From the NCBI RefSeq assembly GCF_030028105.1, contig NC_092376.1, forward strand, positions 109,986,230 to 110,050,229: a stretch of 64,000 nt of DNA. Reading direction: 5' to 3'. Every line of letters begins with the position of its first letter. Position 1 is the stretch's first letter. This DNA is from Mobula birostris. Its lineage: Eukaryota. Under the pieces are notes generated by a model that was not told where the DNA came from, searched no databases, and was given only the letters and a program-made list of their open reading frames with translations. This document shows positions 25,749 through 36,615 of the stretch, piece by piece. Made by a program: the position numbers and the translations under genes.

Positions 25749-27159
25749 TCATATTGGCTCTGCTCGGAAAAGATAAAATTCCAAAATTTGGACAGCCCAA
25801 TGATGGCATGCAATAAGGACATGTCTTAACCATATCACAGAAAAAGAAATATTTTATTTCTGGGAAATTATGAAGAACCATGGTTGACCTCAATTAACTA
25901 GGAGATGGGTGATACAACAATAAAAATAGCAGGTAAAATGTCGGTAAAGAAGCAAAATAAACACAATCCGAACTATTGGAGATTTGAAATCATACCACCA
26001 TTGATCCCAAGTACATCTGCAATTTATGAAACCAATTGAAAAGAAGAAGCTTGAATGGAACGCCAAAAGCTGGAGAAGTAAGAGTTGATGGCTAAAATCA
26101 CTAAAAATACAGATTAGATGAACTTCATTGTGCTGAAAAGTCATATGGATAACTAAGAATATGGTTAGATCAAAGTCATCTGAGTCAGACATTCAAAAGG
26201 AGTAGGTCACTACTCAACAGCAAATCTAGAAGATATCAAGCCAGCATTGGCAGAGGCAGTATTGACAGCAACAGCCAGTGGAACTGAGTTTCAGTTTGCC
26301 AGGAACCTTCAGAATTAAACATATTATCAAAGTTGTGCATCAGCTCATCACTGGAAGCCATGATTAAATCAAGTCCATAAAATAGAGGTGTAAGAATTTA
26401 CCACCCAATTAAATAGGGAATATCTTCTAAATGTAAAACAAATAATCTAAGAAAAAGTGTTAAAAAAGTAATGTTATCTTATTGTAAGGGAAAAGGTTGT
26501 TAAGTAGATTTAATGCATGTACAAACGTATACCAATCACTGGGATACTATACTCTATATAATTGTGTTATTCAGCAAGCATGGAATATTGAACCTCAGAC
26601 GTTGGTCTATAAGACTAACTAATGAAGAGCACAGTAGAAAATGGTAAGATGCAAATACATAAATATCACACAGTGAAAGATATGATCTTGTGGAAAAGAA
26701 AGAGAAATGGAAGCTCGAGGAAAAAATGTAACAATAAGCAGAAACGTGCACAAGCTGAACTTGCGGTCAAAAGCCATCAAACCCCGAGTTCCACGCGGTC
26801 ACTGCTTCTCAGGTGAATTTGTAATTCAACCTATGATTACATTTTTGCATCTTACATGCAAATTATGCTGCCTGTTTAGTTATGCATCACAGAAATGTTA
26901 ACAAAATAGTGCAAAATAGTGGATTTGATTTCAACTATAAAATGTAAATAAAGGAGACTGGAATTTCCTTGACCTGCAATCTCTGAGAACCATGCATTAA
27001 AAAAGCAATACCAGTTGTCACTCCTCAGGATGTCAATCTTGCTTGAAAACAGGCTCAGAGAATGCAGTGAATGAGACAAAGTGACAAAAGTGTCATTTGC
27101 AGACTTACTCTCTCCATAAATAAATCCACTGTCTACTGTCTCAACACAGTCTGAGAATA

Positions 27160-28491
27160 TGTCATGGTCCGGATCGGGGTCCCATTAAATTTACCTTGTT
27201 TATGTTATGATCCGGACCGTTGATTCCCTGTTTTCCCGTGTCCCTCGGCTTTGGTGATTAGAGGCAATTAACGCTCGGCTGAACCTGTAGTTTATAGTCT
27301 CCGGCTTTCAGCCGTTTGGCATGGGAGCATCTGCAAAGTCATCAAAGGTACAGCGTGCCGCTGTCATCTGGCCGGAGCAAGCCTAGTCTCTGCCAAAGCG
27401 AGTGCCGGTATTTCGCCCTTCCTCACCAGAGCAACCCAGTCCAGTTACCTCGCCGAAGCGAGCCTGCAAAGTTTCCTCATCAAGGTGGGTCCGTCAGTTA
27501 ACCCGCCAGAGGGAATCAAAAACCGCTGTCTACTGTTCCCGGGTTGAGTCGAGAGCTCGCCACAACCTGAAGGCTCCAAGTCAAGTCCTGGCCCTGGTGG
27601 CATTCAAATACCAAGTCAACTCCTGGCCCTGGTGGCTTTCAAGTACCAAATCAAGTCCTGGCCCTGGTGACTTCCCAGTTCTGAGTCAAGTCCTGGCCCT
27701 GGCAGTCTGTGATTCCTGTCCTACCCCCCTGACTGAATCCCTTCTCTGCCTTTCTTGCCTCTAGCCCTCGTCTGCAGCCCTTGCCTGCACTTCGGTCTAG
27801 TTCTAACGCCGGAGCTAGATAGGTACTGTCTGGTGTGCTTTTGTGTTAGCTTGTCTTGTCTTGTCCTCGCCTCCGTGGGGTAAGTCAGGCCGTCTTGCCG
27901 TTGCCCCGCGGGGGGTCATGTCTTGTCTTGTCTTGTCCTCGCCTCCGTGGGTAAGTCAGGCCGTCTTGCCATTGCCCCGTGAAGGTTCATGAGTCCCGGC
28001 CCTATGTCCTGTACCCAAGGAGGGGTCCTGGCTCTCTGTTCTGTGTGTGAGTCCCAGCCCTATGTCCTGTACCCAAGGAGGGGTCCCAACTCTGTGTTCT
28101 GTGTATGTGTCCATGGTTCCATGTACCTGTTCTCCCGAGACCGAGGCTCTGTTTTCCATGTTCCTCCTCTCCCTAGCCCATGTCATGTCCATGCCTGGTT
28201 CTGGGGTCCGAGCCCGAGGCAAGACCTAGGTACTGGCTCCTTGCCCAGTCTCGGGCTCAGAGTCCATACCCTAGCCTCTTCATGTCTCCTCTAGTTCTGG
28301 GAGCCGATTCTGAGTCCTAGCCCAGACCCTTGGTCCCAGCCTAGTCGTAGTCCTCAGTCCTTGTCCAGTTCGCTATTCCTACTCCTGCCTTGCTCTCTTG
28401 GTTTTGAATAATAAACTAAATTTAATTAACCTCACAAGATGTGTCTTGCATTTGGGACCACCCTTGCTCCCAATGCCCCACCATTGTGACA
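27160..28491 (+). mobile_element. Solo LTR (1332 bp), Gypsy-like, with internal tandem repeats
   Basis: Termini tgtca / tgaca, exact 5-bp TSD gaata (27155-27159, 28492-28496), TATA-like tttatag at about 27291, AATAAA at about 28410, GC/CpG-rich. Confidence 0.9.
27576..27703. repeat. 35-bp tandem repeat, about 4 copies, inside the LTR
   Basis: Unit ccaagtcaagtcctggccctggtggcattcaaata starting at 27576, 27611, 27646 and about 27681. Confidence 0.9.
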
Positions 28492-28898
28492 GAATAACCC
28501 CTTCTGCGCTATCTCAGCATGAGGTGAACAATGAAGGAGGAACCTCAGGATATAATTCTTTTAATATAAATCGGGACTAAACTGTACAACACCTCTTGGA
28601 AGAGAGAATGACCCCTCCGTACCAAGTAGTATTAAACTTCTTTCGCAATCACCCTTTGAAAAAATGATTGAAATAATTCTGAAACCAGCTGGAACCTCAT
28701 TTACAGCTTTAATAGTTATCCAGCTAAAATGATAGTGAATTAATTACTTCAATTGCTAACCTGATACTCTGCAGAAATACTCTACTTTTATGCACGCTTC
28801 CTGCTCTCATCTCATATTTCCTTATGTTGCAGAAGAAAGCCATTCATTTCATCAAATCCGTGCCAGATCTCAGAGCAAACCCATTCCCTTACTTATAG

Positions 28899-29222
28899 AG
28901 ATAGAATAGAATAGTACAGCGCAGTACAGGCCCTTCGGCCCACAATGTTGTGCCGACCCCCAAACCCTGCCTCCCATATAACTCCCCACCTTAAATTCCT
29001 CCAAATACCTGTCTAGTAGTCTCTTAAACTTCACTAGTGTATCTGCCTCCACCACTGACTCAGGCAGTGCATTCCAAGCACGAACCACTCTCTGAGTAAA
29101 AAACCTTCCTCTAATATCCCCCTTGAACTTCCCACCCCTTACCTTAAAGCCATGTCCTCTTGTATTGAGCAGTGGTGCCCTGGGGAAGAGGCGCTGGCTG
29201 TCCACTCTATCTATTCCCCTTA
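28899..29222 (-). mobile_element. CR1 3' end
   Basis: RGIDRVDSQRLFPRA..TRGHGFKVRGGKFKGDIRGRFFTQRVVRAWNALP; (ataga)n tail on +. Confidence 0.93.
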
Positions 29223-30956
29223 TTTCCATAATTTAATTTCATGGACATACTAAATAACTGTCCTGATTCTCCACCTGATCACTGTCATGATAGCTAATTA
29301 ATGTACCAACCAGCACCCCTCTGGGATGTGAGGGGAAACCAGAGAAGCCCGGGTAATCCTTGAAGTCATTGTATGTGTGAACTGAACTAAAACAGTATTA
29401 CAGGTCAGGATCAAAGCAGGTTTGCTGGGGCTGCAAGTTACCTCCTTTTAAACCCCTCCTCTGCCACTTCTACCCAGGCCCACTTCCCTAATCCTTCCAT
29501 TAGCAGCCTCGCCTTCACCAGCAAAGGATCTTTGCTCTGGATTTCACTCCATTTGCCTCTCCAGAGTTACTTCTGCCTTTAAAATGTTTCTTTTCCTTTT
29601 AAAATTTTTCTTAAAACCTACTTCTGATGGAATTTCTTAACCATTCCTTTGGCTTCTCCGTGGGAATTTTTATTTAATAACCCTCCTGCAAATTGTTTTC
29701 AGTAGTCTTCTTACTTCAAAGCCTTTGTTTAAGTGTTGCAATTACTGTGTGCAATTGAGAGTTAAGGCTGGGACACCACCTCAGTGGGTTTAATTGCCCT
29801 CATATACACATCGCACAGCCCATCTTTTCAATGCTCCTGTGACATTGAAGGAGAATAGCAGAGAAGGGACAGGAGTCACCAGTGGTAACCACATTGAGCC
29901 AATATGTGACACAAAGAACAGTGTTAAGCGAGAGAAGTTATAAGCCCCAATTTACTACAGTGATTCATGTGCCTCTATCACAGGAGCAGCTGCCTGCTGG
30001 TTACAAGCCCACTGAGGAAAGCAATTGAGCTGCTTTCACCTTGGGAGATTAGCAGGGCTAGGACCGCCACTTGTTTAACCTACTTCTTTGCTTTTTCAGT
30101 GATGAATTACATGTCGACAGGTCTTCAAGCATCCTGAGGCCCCTAATAATAGGAAAATATTAGTTGCAGATTAATGCTCTGTGGGGTGGCTTTGTAGTTT
30201 AGCAATAGAAATTCCTGATGTAATTCTATTGAATTTACAACCTCATGCTTGTTTATCAATGACTTCCTTAGCTGTTCACACCGTCGACAGCAAATTAATC
30301 TGCAATTCCTAGCATTTCTGTTTGGGTCTGGGATCCATTTTTGTCTCTGCGACATTATTTAACACATCAACTATGTTGAAGATTTCACCCGCACTTTTCT
30401 TAACTCAAGACTTCAAAATTAGTAAAAATCTTCTGGCCAATACCACTTGATCTAGCCTCTAAACACATGGCCATGCTGAACTCTGCTGTCCACTCTTCAC
30501 GTGCTAATTTCTGTGAACATGTTACCCATGATTGATAGCATGCAATGATTTCTGATTAATTAAGAACTTGATGTTACCTCTCTCATTCTTGTTTTCAGAT
30601 TCCTGCATGGTCTTATCCTTCCCTTAGATTAATCAATGCCCTAATATATTGGTATTTCTCCAGCTTTGGCTTCTAGAACATCTTTGCTTTTGCTGCTAAG
30701 CCCCTACATTCAAGAATCCTTCCTTAATGGTCTTTGCCCCATTAGAAATCTGCAAAATTTTTCAAACAATCTATTTTTTCTAGGTCAGTGTTTGGTCATC
30801 TCCTTTGTGTCTTGGTTGGGCTATGCTCTTGCGAAGCTTCCTGGGACGTTTTGTCCCATTAGACTGCTATTTAATTGCAAGTAAAAATTGTTGTCAACAT
30901 CTGTGAATACAAAAGATTCCCACCCTTCCCCAGAAAATTATCTTACAGAAGCAATT

Positions 30957-31550
30957 ATTGTTGTTGTTGGCTGGTTGGCATCCATCTGTTTTGAAGGACA
31001 ATGGGTGATAATGATCATCATCACAAGCCTGGGCAGAAGTAATGGAGATCCTGAGATGCCCAGTCATCAAGATCCCCCTCTCAGCCTCATCGGTGTAATC
31101 CAAAGGAAAGCTTATGAAGCAATATGTTGGCACCAACTTGACTGCAGGAGCTGCTGGAAGGATATTCAATAACGTCCAGCCACTGTAGGGGCTCCACTCC
31201 GGATTTGTTGTCTGGGTTTACTCCTGTAGCGACTCTCCTGAGGCTGCCCACAAGGCAATGGGGCTATTTACCCATAGCTGGGGATCTGGTTCTCGAGTAT
31301 CAGGGCATGTCCACGCACCGATGGGCCTGCATGATACGTGTGCGGGGGCTAGATCTCCTCCCTGTCCTCTGTAGTTCAGCCTGAGTCCGAAAAATGTTCA
31401 GTTTCCGTGTGACACTAGACGAGGCTTCCTGTTGGAGAGGCTATGTATAGCAGGGAGAGACTTACACATTCAGCTCTCTTTTTCACAAGACTGCTAGCCA
31501 GCAGTGGTAGCTGAAAGTGAGAGCAACAAGCACTACCCACTACACTACCA
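30957..31550 (-). mobile_element. Non-autonomous bipartite RTE-derived element (5' UTR plus 3' tail)
   Basis: Minus-strand 3' end ccattgtc..cagatggatgccaa..(caa)n resembles RTE-clade tails; the body resembles RTE 5' UTRs from recollection, not from a search; no RT coding. Confidence 0.55.
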
Positions 31551-31599
31551 TACTAGATGCGTCACAACCACCATACTGACAGTAGCCATCACAAAATCC

Positions 31600-31965
31600 A
31601 TTCCATACATGTTTACAGACAGATCATCTTCTGGTGCATCCCAAACAAGCAGAAAGACCTCTCTTGGTTGACAGTGAAAGAGGCAGACACGGCCATTACA
31701 TCACTCCTAACACTCACTCTCGTCAAGATGGTTGTGGTTCTGATGAGACAATCCTTCACCACCTTGTTGATTGTGCCTTTGCAAGAAGGTCTGGAAAAGG
31801 ATGCACAAGTCCTTATCAAGTTGCACATCAGGGGCCCTGTGACTAGTGCGCTGTTCCCAGTGTTACATACTGGTGCAAACTGCTTCTAGAAGATCTTCAA
31901 CACAATTTTTTAAAAAAGAAGCACTTTATTCTGGCCAAAAGTGTTTGGTCTTCCAGTTTAAGGAT
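31600..31965 (+). mobile_element. Tx1-type L1 LINE ORF2 C-terminal fragment
   Basis: NKQKDLSWLTV, zinc-finger-like QDGCGSDETILHHLVDCAFA, then LFP..HT..NCF*KIFN, with frameshifts. Confidence 0.7.
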
Positions 31966-33309
31966 AAGTCCATATGTGAACGCAGCTAACAGGCACATTC
32001 CAAGATGCAGGAGTCTGTGCTCAGGGACACAACTGAAGCTTGGTGCATCCGTATACTGAGGGCTCTGTGTAACAGCCCTCTAATACTTGCATTGTCTAAG
32101 GAGGAAACACGAAGATAATTGATGCATTGTCAAAAAATGAGCTTGGTATCAATGTAGAGGAAGACATCTAGTGAGTCTATTTACTAATTAGGAATAAAGT
32201 ATATTTTTGCATTTAAGAAAAATCTTTTCCTGGATAAATCATCTCCTGTATGTTGAGCCACTGACTGAGTTGGTAGAACTTTCCAGTCACACACCATTAG
32301 CGAGCCTTTTCTTTTAGTGCGCCCCTGGGTTCAGTTTCCTGAAAGGAGAACAATCCACTTTTGAGGGGCTAACTGTACCTCTGAATGGCAATGACAGAAA
32401 ATGATCCTCCCACCACAGCCAGATAAACTGTTCCTTCCAATGCCAGGAGTTCATAAGAGAGTGCTTCATCTTGGACTTGCCTGTTTAACTTACTCCCAAA
32501 CCAATGCAGACAATGAGCTTCAAATTTGAATAGAATTGTCGCAGTTACTTCTCTGATAAGGTGGCAGTCACTAGTCTCGTGGAGAAAAACCAGGGGATTG
32601 TATTCACTCTTGTTCACTGCCATTATAAAACATAATGTTCAAGCTCCTCGGGGACATTGGCATAGCTGAGATATTTTTTGTGCTCCTGAAAATAAGATGT
32701 AACTAATCACTGCTAAAGTTTTCACTAATCTTACATAATGACCTAGATTTCCTTCAAAGTGGGATGAGTCAACTTCAACTGTAATTAGATTAAATTTATT
32801 GAAATTGTCAGATCATAGGAAATTTCCAACACACAAGGAAGCCGTTAACATGTAGTTAACTGCTAGTTGAAAAAATGTTACCCAATTTAATTCCACCTTC
32901 CAGCCTTTGATCCTTGCCATAATTTTTTCAATACATATCCAAGTATTTTCTAAATGTGGTGTAAGGTTCAGCTTCTCCTTTTCAGGCCATGACTTCCAGA
33001 CCCTCATCCTCTTCCACGGGAAAACATGTTCCTTCATTGCTCCTCTAATCTTTTTACCAATTACTTGAAACTCCATGCCAAAGGGAACTAGTTCTGTTTA
33101 CTTGATCTAAAACAACATACTTGAGTCTACCCACAGCCTCCTATGTTGATCTTTCCCCATAGCCATTATTTTCTAGTCCTACTAACGTCCTCATAAATTT
33201 GTAACTATTGGTGTTTTTTAAAATCATGTATAAATATTAAAAACATTTAGAACTACAGGTTTATGCATTTACTTTTGATACTGCTGGATGCATTGATAAG
33301 GCAGGGTGT

Positions 33310-34224
33310 TGGGACCAGAGGCGAATTAGTTCTGCTGACTGCTCTGTGATGCTTGCTTGCTCTGCTCTTCACTGCACTAAGGCTGAAGTTATGGGCCTGC
33401 TCCATCTGCTCTGGGCTTCATGTCAGTAGACTCCGTGACCTCTTGCTCCACTATGTGATGAACTGAGGCTGTGGGCCTGCTCTGACTGCTCCAGGCTTCA
33501 TGTCTATGGACCAGACATCCCACCCTGCAAAAACTCATTTCAGGGAGTTAGCACCATCAATTTGCGGGAGACTCCCGGAACTTCCGGGAGGGGTGGGATG
33601 TCTGCAATAGAGTAGCTTTTTAGCAGCTAGCCGGCTAATTTAAATAACATTAACTATGCTAATGAATGAATGACAGCTGTTAAACTCACCTCAACATGTC
33701 TTTTACAGTCTTAACCCACTATGGGCAATAGAAAAGTCACTGTTGCAAACAGTGCAGCGAGCAACACTGTCATTATTTTTGACCCCTATTAGGCAGGGGT
33801 ACTCTTCAATGTAGTCTAGGGTGATGTACATTTTATATTTTCTTTTTTTGGAACACTCTGCCATGGCGTGCTCTCCCTCTCTTGCTCGCTCTCTCACTCT
33901 CACGCTCCCTCACTCACTCGCTCTCAAAAAAAACGATTTCCGGGATATTGTATATAATTTGCGGGCATGAGGGAGCCACTATCAATATGCGGGAGACTCC
34001 CGGAACTTCCGGGAGAGGTGGGATGTCTGATGGACTCACTTTTATTCTAAACGCTGTTGCTTGCTTTTATTGTTTGCATGATTTGTGCTTCTTTTCTCTT
34101 TCTGCACATTGGGTGTTTGTCAGACTTTTTTGTAGGTTTCTTTGTTTTGTAGCTACCTGCAAGGAGATGAATCTCAAGGTTGTATAATGTATACATACTT
34201 TGAAAATAAATGTACTTTGAACTT
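33310..34224 (+). mobile_element. Rex1-tailed non-autonomous element split by a hAT-like insertion
   Basis: Repeated gctgtgggcctgctc..gcttcatgtc units; resumes after 34030 and ends with the tttgaacttt tail. Confidence 0.55.
33512..34029 (-). mobile_element. Deleted hAT-like DNA transposon with transposase N-terminus remnant
   Basis: Perfect 13-bp TIRs cagacatcccacc / ggtgggatgtctg; atggac on both flanks (33506-33511, 34030-34035); minus ORF MAECSKKRKYK..YPCL..ARCTVCNSDFSIAHSG is BED-finger-like. Confidence 0.8.
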
Positions 34225-34268
34225 TAAAAAGGAATCTACATTGTATAGTATTTTACTTACTATATTAT

Positions 34269-34535
34269 GTGGGCACATGGCCAAGTGGTTAAGGCATTGG
34301 ACTAGCAACCTGAAGGTCGTGAGTTCGAGCCCCAGCCGAGGGCAACGTGTTGTGTCCTTGAGCAAGGCACTTAATCACACATTGCTCTGCGACGACACTG
34401 GTACCAAGCTGTATGGGTTCTAATGCCCTTCCCTTAGACAACACTGGTGTCGTGGAGAGGGGAGACACAGCATGGGCAACTGCTGGTCTTCCATACAACC
34501 TTGCCTAGGCCTGCGTCCTGGAGAGTGAAGACTTT
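34269..34535 (+). mobile_element. tRNA-head SINE with RTE-related body
   Basis: A box tggccaagtgg, B box gagttcgagccc, then gttgtgtccttgagcaaggcacttaa; the 3' half aligns by eye with the 30957 element. Confidence 0.8.
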
Positions 34536-34585
34536 AAATTAATTATGCCTTTAAATTAATTATGGATGCCTTTAAATTAATTATG
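34533..34585. repeat. Short tandem repeat (tttaaattaattatg) x3
   Basis: Directly visible at the SINE 3' junction. Confidence 0.85.
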
Positions 34586-36169
34586 TACAATTTGTACTTG
34601 TACCCGTTAGTCACTTTCATACTACACCATGTAGAAATTAATGGCATATGGCCTAGAGTTTGAAAGAAAAACACAATGTAAATCATAGATTTGAATCTGT
34701 TGATTTGAAAATGTATTTAAGAAAGAGAGTTCTGACAAACCATTGTATCACAAATTAGTAACAACATTTGTCAGCAGTCTGAACTTATATAGGCACAGCC
34801 ACAATTACTACAAGCAGGGCCACCACCTGCACAAATGCCATGAGATTTTACTGTGAACACTGTAGAAAAGACAGCAACGCAGTGGAATCCTTGCTGGATT
34901 GTTGGGAAGTTTTGCCTGTTTGTTCATCTTCCCACAAGAAAAGCCGGTTCGGGAGTAATTTGTAGCTGGATCGTCAGAAAGTAGGGCTCATACTCTTCTC
35001 ACTAAAGTGAACACAGTCCCCATGGAGGTGAAGTTAACAGCACTGACCCAGTAGATTTTATATGAGTCAGTGCCTCGGCATGAGCTTCTGTGAGGTCAGT
35101 TTTAAAGGTATTCCATGAATATTTTGTTTTCTTAATTAAAAACTCATTAAACATTAACATTTTATGAAAAACAATAACGATATAATAAAATAACTCAATT
35201 TCCAGCTTTCTTTCACAGAATTGGTGGCCCATTCCAGTGAAAATGATTATGCTCAATATGCCAGATGGTCAATGGAAAGCAGGGATTGTGGGGAGGTGGT
35301 GGTGGAAATGGGTGGTTAGTTTGTGAAGTGCAGTCAGTTCCTCAATTCCACCTTTCACCTATGGAGTTAATGACCAGTCTGTTGGAGTGGGACATCAGAC
35401 ACACTGGAATCTGGCTTCTATCTGGTTTCATTTCTCAATGTATTCACACAGTTCTGAGCAATAAACTATCGGCAGTTCACTGTTAGCAAAGGAATCAACG
35501 GCATCACTTCCTCCCTAAATTATCTCCCTGTGAGAAGGATTTGAATTGGAATCCCTCTCCAGACTCTGGAGTCATGACTCATTCAAAAACACTTGTTGGT
35601 GTAAAAATTAACTGGACATCTAAGCCTTATACTCACACTTGGGCTGCAGTTGGCAATCTGCAGTGAAACTGACCACCTGGGGTGAACGTCTTCCCCCTCT
35701 CCTTCCACTTTACTACAGGACGTCCTATTCACAGAGTACAGTGCAGAGACTCAGCAAGGCTTCCTCTACAGATACGATCCTAACCAAGACTTTCAACAAT
35801 CAAGATGGGCAATGGTGAAAGGTGAGTCTAAGTGCTAAGTCACAGGTATATCCATAAATCACTGTTGCATCATCATTATACAATCAAAAGACCTGTCACT
35901 GCCTACCTAACACACCCTACAAAATACCTTCATGACATGGATTGTAGAGGTTCAAGGAAACAGTTCACCACCATCTTCTCAAGGCAACTTCATCTTTTAT
36001 TTCTATAGGAGGGTACTTTGCCAATCTAGTCAGGTCTGAGAGCAACTTCATCAGTCCCTTTTCTCTCGTACTTTCCTGTAACTCTTCTCATTCATGTGTC
36101 CATCAACTCCACCCTCAATCTCCTACCTCCTGCCCCCACCAGTGGTCATCTGTAATAACTGATTAACGG

Positions 36170-36302
36170 TGCATGATGTGGCTGGAAACTGGAGCACCGG
36201 AGGAAACACATAAACTAACAGGGAGACCATATAAACTCCACACAGACAGCATCCGAGGTCAGAATTGAACCTGGACCGCTGGAGCTGAGAAACAGCAGCC
36301 CT
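36170..36302 (-). mobile_element. V-SINE-like fragment
   Basis: aaactccacacagacagcatccgaggtcagaattgaacc is the reverse complement of a head with a B box. Confidence 0.6.
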
Positions 36303-36334
36303 GCCTACCCTCTCAGCAACATGTACGTCCCAAA

Positions 36335-36615
36335 GGGTGGCACGGTAGTGTGGTGGTTAGCACAGCACTTTACAGTACCAGCAACCCGGGGTTCAATTCC
36401 CGCCATCGCCTGTAAGGAGTTTGTATGTACTCCATGTGATTGTGTGGGCTTCCTCCGGGCGCTCCAGTTTACAAAGATGTACCAGTGGGTAGGTTAGTTG
36501 GTCATTGTAAATCACCCAGTGATTAGGCTACAGTTAAATCGGGGGTTGCTGGGCAGCAAGGCTGGAAAGGCCGGAGAAGCCTATTCTGCGCTGTATCTCA
36601 ATAAATAAAAATAAA
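36335..36615 (+). mobile_element. tRNA-derived V-SINE (HE1-like)
   Basis: A and B boxes, aaggagtttgtatgtactcc..tcctccgggcgctcc, tgtatctcaataaataaa tail. Confidence 0.8.

Larger units (their letters stand above)
24217..26280 (+). mobile_element. Highly decayed Gypsy (Mag-like) gag-pol relic
   Basis: By-eye translation: gag-like DIMEVFRKLLKKLNLLF..WAGGNG*DLISIWG..KNPD (24576-24740) and RT N-terminus LMAKITKNTD*MNFIV / LRIWLDQSHLSQTFKR / HYSTANLEDIKPALAEA (26085-26260). Confidence 0.7.

Noticed and set aside
27576-27703. Regular 35-bp repeats resembling a CRISPR array
   Set aside because: No unique spacers, eukaryotic context, and located inside an LTR.
30099-30137. Box C (GTGATGA) and box D (CTGA) pair suggesting a snoRNA
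   Set aside because: Only about 40 nt long, with no convincing terminal stem or guide sequence.
34269-34345. tRNA-like sequence with good A and B boxes
   Set aside because: Continues into a SINE body; it is a SINE head, not a tRNA gene.
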